From a virus (taxonomy: Duplodnaviria > Caudoviricetes): DNA of 64,000 bases. Position numbers and translations under genes: made by a program. Below, piece after piece: positions 55,974-64,000 of the stretch (positions are counted from its first letter, which is position 1; every line of letters begins with the position of its first letter). The notes under the pieces are model-generated. The model was not told the DNA's origin, ran no database searches, and saw only the letters and a list, made by a program, of their open reading frames with translations. The stretch lies in IMG/VR virus record IMGVR_UViG_2671180616_000002, positions 4,542 to 68,541 of that record. One strand, written 5' to 3'.

Positions 55974-56541
55974 CCAGCCCGCAACCGTGAAGCCCACGCC
56001 CCTCTGGGAGCGCCTCACCGAACTGTCCAAGCTGGAGCCCGGTTGGCTGGATGGCCACGGGGCGGCGCCCTCCACTGAGGTCCTGGAACTCACCAGCCGG
56101 CTCGTCTCTGCTCTGCCCCAGGATCTTGCGCCGATCCTGGTGTGCCCCACGGAGGCAGGCGGCGTGCAGCTGGAGTGGAAGGACCAGCATGGTGGGCACG
56201 AGATCGAGATCCTGCCCGACCTGCATCTCTTCCTCCTTACGGTGGAACCTGGCGGGCAGGAGCACGTCTGCAAGCCCGGCGCCAGCCTCTACTACTGCCC
56301 CACCGTGGGTGAGGTCGAGTCCGACTGCCACGGCGGGTTCGACGTCTGCTGCGGCAAGCCCGAGCTGCACGTCCCCATCGACCGCACGGCGCACGAACTG
56401 GCCCAGCTACGCGCCGAGGTTGCGGCCGCCCGCCAGTACGCGGCTGAGATGCGGGACTTCGCCTCCCCACACGGTGTGTCCGTGCACTACGCGGACGCCC
56501 TCCTCGAGGCCATGGACCACGCGAAGGAGCAGAGCCGATGA
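55966..56541 (+). CDS. Hypothetical protein
   Basis: LEPGWLDGHGAAP...PTEAGGVQLEW motif; GGAGG RBS. Confidence 0.6.
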   Translation: MPDQPATVKPTPLWERLTELSKLEPGWLDGHGAAPSTEVLELTSRLVSALPQDLAPILVCPTEAGGVQLEWKDQHGGHEIEILPDLHLFLLTVEPGGQEHVCKPGASLYYCPTVGEVESDCHGGFDVCCGKPELHVPIDRTAHELAQLRAEVAAARQYAAEMRDFASPHGVSVHYADALLEAMDHAKEQSR

Positions 56542-56575
56542 ACGAGAAGCCCGACCAGGAAGTACGGGAGCGCGG

Positions 56576-57160
56576 ATGAGCGTCTACGGCAGCATCCCCG
56601 GCGTCGACGCGGAAGAGGAGTGTGGGCCCCCGTGGGTGTACCTCGGGTCGCACATCCTGCCCGCCGACGAAGACCCCCGCGGCGGGCAGATCACGCTGGC
56701 GGAGATTCCTTCGCACATCACCCGGGACGGGCGTGACGACCAGCCGGAGGACGGGGTGCCGTGGCCGTGGCTCCGAGTGTCCGTTGATCCTGACGACCGC
56801 ACGTGCGAGCCGACCATCCTTCTTAATCCGAAACAAGCCCGACACCTCGCCGACCAACTCACCGCATGGGCCGACAGCACTGAATGCGCGGGAGCAGCCG
56901 TGACCTGGACCCCGCCTCCGCCTGGCAGTACCGCCGAGCAGCTCCCCGACGATGTCCTCGCTCTCCTGCTGCCGGGCCGGTACTACCTGTCGACGGCGTG
57001 CCAGACGTCCCAGTACATCGACGGGGCGGTCATCCGGAACCCGGAGCGGGAGGATTTGCCGGGGTGGTCGGAGCGCATGCATGCCCGGTGCCGGCTGAAT
57101 CACAAGTTCACCGGCACGTTGTGCGCCTGCCACTGCCACCGGCCTGAGGGGGAGCAGTGA
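56576..57160 (+). CDS. Hypothetical protein
   Basis: GGGAG RBS, MSVYGSI. Confidence 0.55.
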   Translation: MSVYGSIPGVDAEEECGPPWVYLGSHILPADEDPRGGQITLAEIPSHITRDGRDDQPEDGVPWPWLRVSVDPDDRTCEPTILLNPKQARHLADQLTAWADSTECAGAAVTWTPPPPGSTAEQLPDDVLALLLPGRYYLSTACQTSQYIDGAVIRNPEREDLPGWSERMHARCRLNHKFTGTLCACHCHRPEGEQ

Positions 57161-57789
57161 GCGCCGCGGGAAGGTCGGCGGACGCGTGGGCTAAGTCGTT
57201 GCGCGCGGGGGCCAGGCGGGGCCTGTGGCGGCGCCTCCTGGCCTGGCTGGGGGTGGGCTCGTACGTGCGGCGCGCGGAGGCTCAGGCGGCCCAGGCGGAG
57301 GCTGGGGCGGAGGGAGAGCGGCGTACCGCAGCACTGCTGGCCCCGTTGGCTGAGGAGGGCTGGTACGGGCTGTACGACCGGGCGCTGCCCCGCGGTGGGA
57401 AAGCGAACGCGGACTTCGTGCTTGTGCCGCCGTGTGGCCGGCTGGTGGTGAACGTGGACGCGAAGCTGTGGTCGGGGCGGTGGGAGGTCCACTGCGAGGG
57501 CGGCCCGCTGTTCCACGGAACCCATGACCGGTCCCGGTCCGTGAGCTCGCTGCTGTACGAGACGCGGGAGATCGTGGCTGCCCTGGGTGTTCCGGTGGTG
57601 CCGGTGATGGCGGTGCATAACGCGCCGGTGGCCGACGGCCGGTTCGTCACGGCGGGGATCACGGTGCTGCCCGCGGATCAGCTGGTGGTCTTCCTGCGGT
57701 CTCTGGTGGGCCGGCCGGATCCGGGGCGGGCGGCTTCTTTGGCTGGTGCGGCGGGGCGGGTGCTGCTCCCTTACGTGGAGCGTGGGTAG
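57157..57789 (+). CDS. NERD nuclease-related domain protein
   Basis: GAEGERRTA..L...YDRALP...NADFVLV...VDAKLWSG. Confidence 0.75.
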   Translation: MSAAGRSADAWAKSLRAGARRGLWRRLLAWLGVGSYVRRAEAQAAQAEAGAEGERRTAALLAPLAEEGWYGLYDRALPRGGKANADFVLVPPCGRLVVNVDAKLWSGRWEVHCEGGPLFHGTHDRSRSVSSLLYETREIVAALGVPVVPVMAVHNAPVADGRFVTAGITVLPADQLVVFLRSLVGRPDPGRAASLAGAAGRVLLPYVERG

Positions 57790-57918
57790 GGCGTACGGTG
57801 GCGGTCACCGCGAGGGGGCTACCCGCTGGCGGGAGCGGTCCGGCATTCCTGGGGGATTGCCGGGCCGCTTTCGTGTGCCTGGGGGTGTTGTCAGACCCGG
57901 CGCTTAGCATCCTGACCT

Positions 57919-58203
57919 GTGGCGAAGAAGAAAGAACTGGGCGATGAAGAGCGTGCCGAGCTTGAGGCGCGTGAGCCGCTGGTGGAGTTGAAGCGGTCCG
58001 TGGAGGCGGCTCGGGCGGAGGCGGTGTCGCAGCCGTACACGAAGGCGGGGTGGGCGCCGTGGTTGGCGGCGGCTGAGGAGCTGGAGGTCGCGGTGACGGA
58101 GCACGCGGACCGGTATGGGGTGAGCCGGCTGGTGGTGCACGAGTACGTCTCCTCGCGGGTGCTGCACCCGGAGCTGCATGCCGGGTCGGAGGCTGCGGAG
58201 TAG
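57919..58203 (+). CDS. Hypothetical protein
   Basis: Probably leaderless after a TAGCAT -10. Confidence 0.5.
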   Translation: MAKKKELGDEERAELEAREPLVELKRSVEAARAEAVSQPYTKAGWAPWLAAAEELEVAVTEHADRYGVSRLVVHEYVSSRVLHPELHAGSEAAE

Positions 58204-58412
58204 CGAGCGAGGGGGCAGCTGCCCGGCGCGGGCGGAACGTTTCGGCGCCCGCTCCCTGAGGTCAGTAGGGGGCGGGCGCCGACGTGCGCCACCGTGGTGG
58301 CGAGGCCGGACGGGCTGGGGATCCGTCCGATGGGGTACCTGGCACGATTGTGACACCAGTGGCCGAAAATGCACCCTGTTACGCGGGAATCAAGCACGCT
58401 TCATCCCGTCCG

Positions 58413-58772
58413 TCACCGCGCCCCTCTCTGGTCATCACCGTCGAGCTTTACGATCATCGGGTCGACCACGGCCTGGCCCGACTGGAGGTCGTAGATCGCC
58501 TCACCCCCGTCGTAGTCGCCTCCGTGGCGGATGACGATCTCCTCAACCTCTAGGTGCCGCTCCACCAGGCCACTGATCTCAACGTCACGCGCGGCCAGGA
58601 GCAGCCACCGCGGGACGCCCCCAATCGGCTCACGGACGCGTGTCACGTAGTCCGCCAGGCCCTGCGCGCACTGCTCGGCGCTGGACCGGTCTGGGAAGTA
58701 CGCCCAGTGCGTGTAGGGGATCTTCAGAGCTCTCTCCACGTCGGGAAGGGGGCAGGGCCAGTCTGCCCACAC
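58413..58772 (-). CDS. RraB-like fold protein
   Basis: HWAYFPDRSSAEQCAQGL...VEEIVIRHGGDYDGGE resembles the RraB-like pattern. Confidence 0.5.
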   Translation of the reverse strand: MWADWPCPLPDVERALKIPYTHWAYFPDRSSAEQCAQGLADYVTRVREPIGGVPRWLLLAARDVEISGLVERHLEVEEIVIRHGGDYDGGEAIYDLQSGQAVVDPMIVKLDGDDQRGAR

Positions 58773-58894
58773 AGGCAGCGGCGAGCGTTCGCGCGCCGCA
58801 GGTCATTCCACCGCTGCGTCGCCATACGGGCCGCCGTTGTTCTTGGCCAGCACGACCGGCATGACCTGCTCGCACTCGGCCCCCTCCTGGCCAC

Positions 58895-59272
58895 TCATAC
58901 GGGAATCCACCGGCCGCTGCTACTCATGGTCATACGCGCGCCGCACAGCGGGCAGGTTTCCGGCCGCTCCTCCGGGTCGTCGAAGACCAGCATGCTGTGT
59001 GGGCAGTGGCTCTCGAGGATGTGCCAGACGAGGGTGCCGTACGGGGTGATGGCCGTCGCAACGTGCGAGGCGCCGGCAGGGATGGACTGCCCGGTGCCGA
59101 CGACCTGGAACGTGCGGTGCATCGGCTCCATCCTCTCGGGCCGCGCGTACGCCCACACGTCGACCACGCCGTGGCGCCGGCACGCGGCGTGCAGAATGCT
59201 GCCGATCAGGTCGATGAGGTGCGGCCGGTCGTCGATGGGGATCTCGAAGCGGTCAATGACCCGGGTGTCCAT
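58895..59272 (-). CDS. Hypothetical phage protein
   Basis: RTFQVVGTGQSIP...LVWHILE; TGATG overlap. Confidence 0.6.
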   Translation of the reverse strand: MDTRVIDRFEIPIDDRPHLIDLIGSILHAACRRHGVVDVWAYARPERMEPMHRTFQVVGTGQSIPAGASHVATAITPYGTLVWHILESHCPHSMLVFDDPEERPETCPLCGARMTMSSSGRWIPV

Positions 59273-59847
59273 CAGCCGGTTCCCTTGACTCTGAGCTCGG
59301 CCAGCTTGGCGTGGCCCTTGTCGGTGAGCCAGCTGGTGCGGAGGCTGACGCCGCACTCAAGGTGGCCGCGGTCGTCTTCGCGGATGTATGCGGCGGTGAC
59401 GACCTTCTCGGGGTAGGCGGTGCCCAGGATCCACCAGGCGCCGGGAAGTTCCCACCTGTACTTGCCCAGCGGCACCTCACGGGTCGCGTGGTCGTCGATG
59501 GCCGTGAGGAGCGCGAGGGTGGTGATGTCGCTGCGCTTGGGCTGGGGCGGCCGGGTCTTCAGCGGGGTGCTGCGCGCTTCTGAAGCGGGCTGGTTCGGGC
59601 TCTCCGGGGTGACGTACCTGTGCCCGGTGGCGTTGCGGAGGTGCACGGTGTGGTGAATGGCCTGGGTGCCGTCAGGCGTGGTGATGATGCTGAGCGGTTC
59701 GTCCACGGACACGTCGGCCGGGTCGATGCCGTTGTCGGCCAGCCAGGCGTTGAGCGCCTTGTGCCGGGGTGTGCCGGCGATGTACGGCCACGTCTCGGGG
59801 GTGACCAGCAGCTCTGTGGTGGGCTCTTGGGCGTCCGCCTTGGCCAT
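59272..59847 (-). CDS. Hypothetical protein
   Basis: TGATG overlaps, codon bias. Confidence 0.6.
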   Translation of the reverse strand: MAKADAQEPTTELLVTPETWPYIAGTPRHKALNAWLADNGIDPADVSVDEPLSIITTPDGTQAIHHTVHLRNATGHRYVTPESPNQPASEARSTPLKTRPPQPKRSDITTLALLTAIDDHATREVPLGKYRWELPGAWWILGTAYPEKVVTAAYIREDDRGHLECGVSLRTSWLTDKGHAKLAELRVKGTG

Positions 59848-60347
59848 CAGCTGCTCGCCTCCGCCTCAGCGGCCCGCGGGACCGACTTGGACCGGTGGAG
59901 GGGCGTGGTCAGCAGGTCACCTGCGGCTTCCTGCTCGGACAGCAGGTAGTACGTCTTGCCGCCGTCCTGGCTGAAGGCTTCCGAGTTGCGTACGGACTGC
60001 CAGAGCGGGGAGGGAGCCATCCCCTCGGCGTGCCGGTCGATCCACTCGGCCGGGTCGTCGGTGAGCTCGGACAGCGGCTGGTACCGGAGGAGCTTGTCCA
60101 GGTACTGGGCGGCGAAGTGGGCGCTGCTTCCGCTGTGTCCCATGTTGGCGAACGCCTGGACGACTTTGCAGAGGCCGCGGATGGTGTCTCGGTCCTCGCC
60201 GATGATGCGGAGTTCGCGTCGGGCGTGGGCGACGAGGTTCGATTCGTGAGTGCGGGCGGCGGCGCGGCTGCGGCGTCCTGCCGGGGCCGACTCGAGTGCA
60301 CCGGGAACGGCGGGGGCGTCAGGGCTGCTCTTCGGGGAGGGGGCCAT
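59847..60347 (-). CDS. Hypothetical phage protein
   Basis: SNLVAHARREL...FANMGHSGSSA...PLSELT motif. Confidence 0.6.
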   Translation of the reverse strand: MAPSPKSSPDAPAVPGALESAPAGRRSRAAARTHESNLVAHARRELRIIGEDRDTIRGLCKVVQAFANMGHSGSSAHFAAQYLDKLLRYQPLSELTDDPAEWIDRHAEGMAPSPLWQSVRNSEAFSQDGGKTYYLLSEQEAAGDLLTTPLHRSKSVPRAAEAEASS

Positions 60348-60490
60348 GTCCCCATGCTGGCGCTGATTCGGGGTTTCGTTCCCCCCGCCCAGTCTCGGTG
60401 CCCGGCGGCGGCATCGGCTTCGAGGTGACGGGCGCCGCCGGGCAACTGGTCCAGGGTGACACGGGGCACTGACAACGGGCCGGCCGCGGG

Positions 60491-61399
60491 TCAGCTGGGG
60501 CCGGGGCAGAGGAACGGGTACGGCGGGTTGGTGCCGTCGCAGGCCGGGCAGTCTTCGGCGTTCCCGCCGACGTGGGCGGGGGTCTCCCTGTCCTGGATTT
60601 CCACGACGCCGTTGGGGTGTCCGAGCTGGGCGAGCTTGAAGAGGGCCTCGTCCCGCTGGCGTTCCGCACGAACGGCCCGCTCGGACAGTTCGCGGGCCTG
60701 GACGTGGTCGTAGCGGCCGGTGTGCCCGCGGTACAGCTCCTCCCAGGCCCGCTGGAGGTCCCGGAAGCGCTGGCGGATCTCTTCGGGGTCGTGTTCGGCG
60801 CGGAGTTCGGCGTTCTCCTGCTCGAGGCGCCGCATGTCCTCGGCGGTCCACTTGGCCTGCCTCTCCTTGCCCCTGTCCCAGCCGCGGCGGAACGCGGCCC
60901 GGCGCTCCTCCCGGGGCGCCGCCTGGATGTACGGGAGGAGGGCGTGGGCGGCGTCCATGTGCTTGCGGGCGTCTTCAGGGCTCTCCTGGAGCGTCTCGTC
61001 GTAGCCCACGCCGTACGTGTAGGCGTGGCACAGCTCCTCGGCAAGCTCGAGGAGGCGCTGCTCCTTGGTGCGCTCCGGGGCGTCGTCCTCGGGCGGCTGG
61101 CCTGCTGCCTGTCGGCGCAGTCGGCTGAACTCGGCCAGGAGCGCCTCGGACTCCTTCGGGTTCTGGGACTGGGCGGCGCGGGCCTCAAGGTCGGCAAGGT
61201 GGGCTTCCAGGCCGGGGGTGCGGGCGATGGCGTACTGGGTCTCCCACAGGCGCATGAACGCGGGAACGGCGGCGAGGTCGAACGCGTCCCCGATCGTGCG
61301 GTGCCAGTGTGCTTCGAAGTCGGGTAGCAGGTGCGGGGCGTGTTCCTGGATGGCGAGGCGCAGGGCTTTGGGGGTGCGGTCGGGCGGCTGCTCACTCAT
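60491..61399 (-). CDS. DUF6247-like N-terminal domain protein
   Basis: PDRTPKALRLAI...PHLLPDFEAHW...FDLAAVPAF. Confidence 0.55.
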   Translation of the reverse strand: MSEQPPDRTPKALRLAIQEHAPHLLPDFEAHWHRTIGDAFDLAAVPAFMRLWETQYAIARTPGLEAHLADLEARAAQSQNPKESEALLAEFSRLRRQAAGQPPEDDAPERTKEQRLLELAEELCHAYTYGVGYDETLQESPEDARKHMDAAHALLPYIQAAPREERRAAFRRGWDRGKERQAKWTAEDMRRLEQENAELRAEHDPEEIRQRFRDLQRAWEELYRGHTGRYDHVQARELSERAVRAERQRDEALFKLAQLGHPNGVVEIQDRETPAHVGGNAEDCPACDGTNPPYPFLCPGPS

Positions 61400-61560
61400 G
61401 GGGGGCCTCGGTCCTGTTCGAGGGTGGAATGGGCCGGCCCTCGTCGAACAGGGCGCCCTGCTGCCAGGTGAGGTTGAGCGGCAGGGCGGCCTGTCCGGCC
61501 AGGGGTTCGGGTGTGGGGGTGGTGAGCTGCTCCTTGAGGGTGCGGAGCCGGGCCCGGGTC

Positions 61561-62328
61561 TCAGGCGTCGTCACCCGCAGTCCCCAGGTTGCCGACGACA
61601 AGGCGGAGCCGTGCCCGTTGCGGCACCGGGTCCTGTCCAGGGATGGGCCAGTCGTCTGCTCGGACGCCGTACACGGCAGGTGGTTCCCACGTTGGGTTGT
61701 GGGTGGCCCACCGGTAGAGCTCGGTCCATTCGGATTCGAAGTACGACGGCAGGAGACCACCGCGGTTCGGGACCGGCGGGGGTGCGGCCGCGTTCTGTTC
61801 GGCGATTTGCGCAGCGACGCGCTTCAGGTGGTCTTGATGCCGGGTGCAGAACCAGTGATTGGTGTGCCATCCGGTGACCGGGTCCTTCTCCACGACCATG
61901 TCGTGGGTCTTCTCTCCGCAGATCTTCATCTTGTTGCGGAAGTCGTCCGGGCCGTTGGGGTGTACGCGAACACGGGGGCCGCGGCACCTCTGATCCAGGA
62001 CGTTGCTGCGTGACCACCGCCCGGGCGGCTCGTAGCGGGGGACGTCCTGCCGGACGCAGCTGCGCAGGTCGTCCCAGCCGCGGACGGAACTCCCGATGGC
62101 GTTGCAGATGGCCCGCCACACGGTGGTCTCTTCGTCCAGAGCGGCCATGGTGACGGCGTAGGCGGTGGCGAGGAGGAGTTGCCGGGCCTGAGTGTCGGCT
62201 CGTTCGTCTTGGTAGATGCGGTGGGCGATCTCGGCGAACTTGCTGCCGTCTCCGCCGCCGGTGCGCTTCGGCCGGCGCTTCTTCACCGGGGCCTGGTGCA
62301 CGTGGGCCAGGTGCAGGGCTGCTCCCAT
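61561..62328 (-). CDS. Hypothetical protein
   Basis: 255-aa ORF with Cys/His motifs, GAGGAG upstream. Confidence 0.6.
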   Translation of the reverse strand: MGAALHLAHVHQAPVKKRRPKRTGGGDGSKFAEIAHRIYQDERADTQARQLLLATAYAVTMAALDEETTVWRAICNAIGSSVRGWDDLRSCVRQDVPRYEPPGRWSRSNVLDQRCRGPRVRVHPNGPDDFRNKMKICGEKTHDMVVEKDPVTGWHTNHWFCTRHQDHLKRVAAQIAEQNAAAPPPVPNRGGLLPSYFESEWTELYRWATHNPTWEPPAVYGVRADDWPIPGQDPVPQRARLRLVVGNLGTAGDDA

Positions 62329-62335
62329 GCGTTAC

Positions 62336-63118
62336 TCAGCTCCTCTCGGCCGGGGCGGCCTTCGCTTCGGGATCGGAGATGGCGTCGAGGGTGGGGCACG
62401 GGTGCGGGATGAAGGCCACCCATTCCTCGTCCCGGGGGCCGGTGGAGCGGCGTACGGAGCATGCGGAGCACCAGGTCTGGCCAAGGTGCTGGACGGGCTG
62501 GTGCAGGGCGGTGACCTGGTCCAGCTTGGTGCGGAGGCGGTCGAGTTCGGGCTGGACGATGGCCATGGCCTCGTCGGCGGCCGCCTGGGAGTCCTCGGGG
62601 TGGCCGTCGTTCTCGAAGCGCAGGTAGTAGGCGCCGACGATGCGCTGCCACAGGTCGTCCCGCAGGTCTTCGGGGAGCGGCTTCGGGGAGCACAGGGTGC
62701 CGAGCGCCTGGGCGACGTCGGCTGTGCGGATCGTGTCGGGCAGGTTCACCAGCCACGCGTGGGCGGTCTGCTTGACCTGCCGGATGAGCTGCCGGATCGC
62801 GGCCGCGTACTGGGCCCGCTCGAAGGCCAGGCGGTGCTGCTCGTCCTCGGTGGGCTGCGTCTCGGTGCTGATGGCCGGGTACAGGTCGGGGAACGCCATG
62901 CACTCGCCGACGACTTCGGCGAGGACGTGACTGTCCTTGGGGTGCGGCTCGCCCTTCGGGTGCGTCTTGCCGCGGACGTAGCCCATGACGGCGGCGTCCT
63001 TGATCAGGGCTCGCTCCCAGTCGGTGTACGAGGCCAGCTTGGCGGCGAGAGTGTTGGCGCGCCGGTCGTCTTGCCGTTCCAGGTAGGCGACCAGTTCCGC
63101 GGGGAGGGCGTTCGTCAT
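62336..63118 (-). CDS. Hypothetical protein
   Basis: AAGGAG RBS; C-terminal H...CSAC...PCPTL. Confidence 0.6.
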   Translation of the reverse strand: MTNALPAELVAYLERQDDRRANTLAAKLASYTDWERALIKDAAVMGYVRGKTHPKGEPHPKDSHVLAEVVGECMAFPDLYPAISTETQPTEDEQHRLAFERAQYAAAIRQLIRQVKQTAHAWLVNLPDTIRTADVAQALGTLCSPKPLPEDLRDDLWQRIVGAYYLRFENDGHPEDSQAAADEAMAIVQPELDRLRTKLDQVTALHQPVQHLGQTWCSACSVRRSTGPRDEEWVAFIPHPCPTLDAISDPEAKAAPAERS

Positions 63119-63176
63119 GGGGTCGGCTCCTTGCGTGCTGCGCGTCGTACGGCGGTGGCGATGCTCGGGCCTGCCA

Positions 63177-63587
63177 TCAGAATCGCCACCAGCCGTCGTA
63201 GCCGTCGGGTACGGCCGGGAAGCTGGCGAGCATCGGCTCCAGCACGGTCATGTCGAGCGCCATGCGGAAGGGCTCTTGTGCACCCCAGTAGCGCTCGCCG
63301 TCCCAGCGCGCATGGCAGTCGCCGCCGTAGCGGCCATCCAGGTCTGCGTTGAGCACGGCCACCGGGTCGCTGGCGTCCAACGGCTCAGTCAGATAGTGGC
63401 GCCACAACTTGAGCGAGCCCATGCATGCCCGGGTGATTCCTGCCTTGCGCCGAAACCAAAGGGCGTCCGCCGATCCGCTGAACGAGTAGCGGCCGGAATC
63501 GCCGTGCTTCTGGCCCGAGCCGGACAGGGTCGAGAGATCGATGGCATAGGGCTTGTTGGAGATCAGGAAGCGGTCTTCGCGGATCAT
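63177..63587 (-). CDS. Hypothetical protein
   Basis: AGGAG RBS, MIREDRF; lower GC. Confidence 0.5.
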   Translation of the reverse strand: MIREDRFLISNKPYAIDLSTLSGSGQKHGDSGRYSFSGSADALWFRRKAGITRACMGSLKLWRHYLTEPLDASDPVAVLNADLDGRYGGDCHARWDGERYWGAQEPFRMALDMTVLEPMLASFPAVPDGYDGWWRF

Positions 63588-64000
63588 CGGGTCGGCTCCT
63601 GCTCGAGCTGCTGGTGGATGGCGTGCAGGACGTCGGCGGGCGGTGTCCAGAAGCTGAGCGCTCCCTTGCACGGGACGGGGACGGCCAGGGCGGTCACGTT
63701 GTCGAGGGTCCAGTGGTAGGCGTTCTCGAATCCCCAGGGGCCGCAGCATTGGCCGTCGTCGGACCAGTGGCAGTCGGTGAGGGTGGCGGTGCCGATGATC
63801 GCGCCGTACACGCCGAGGTTCGGGCCGTAGATGGTGGCGTTCGGGTCGAGCTGGGCGCCGGCGTGGATGAGGATGCGTGCGCCGTGCTGCTTGGCGGGGA
63901 GTTTCCAGGTGCGGTTCTCGACCCGCTTCGTCAGGTGGACAATAGCGCCGGCCCAGGGTTGACGGATCGTGAGGGCGCGTGGTTTGTCTGTGGTGGGCAT
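63584..64000 (-). CDS. ASCH-domain protein
   Basis: ALTIRQPWAGAI...KRVENRTW...ILIHAG...GAIIG...KGALSFW. Confidence 0.85.
   Translation of the reverse strand: MPTTDKPRALTIRQPWAGAIVHLTKRVENRTWKLPAKQHGARILIHAGAQLDPNATIYGPNLGVYGAIIGTATLTDCHWSDDGQCCGPWGFENAYHWTLDNVTALAVPVPCKGALSFWTPPADVLHAIHQQLEQEPTR

Overview
High-GC actinobacterial DNA, most likely Streptomyces-type, that reads as one temperate siphovirus-like phage-plasmid. From left to right: the C-terminus of the terminase large subunit, then head, tail and lysis modules (to about 22.6 kb). Next is a 13.4-kb block bounded by a near-perfect 43-bp inverted repeat; it carries an orphan Phd antitoxin, an EndoVII nuclease, a Cre-like tyrosine recombinase with an apparently catalytically dead partner, a WYL/RHH divergent switch, a Sak/Rad52-like annealase, a C5 methyltransferase and a ParB-like protein. 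A plasmid-type replicon follows (wHTH Rep with internal DnaA boxes, a DciA-like gene, RHH-fused ParA, ParB), then early/accessory genes. The most unusual signals are non-coding or dual-coding: four parS-like palindromes inside parB, four UUGGCG-loop hairpins at 37-38 nt spacing ahead of a terminator in the rep leader, the 43-bp inverted sites, a 28-bp palindromic promoter/operator at four loci, and a lox-like palindrome after terL. Four genes have single-base losses in G/C homopolymers, probably sequencing errors. All product calls come from recognising motifs by eye; no database search was run.
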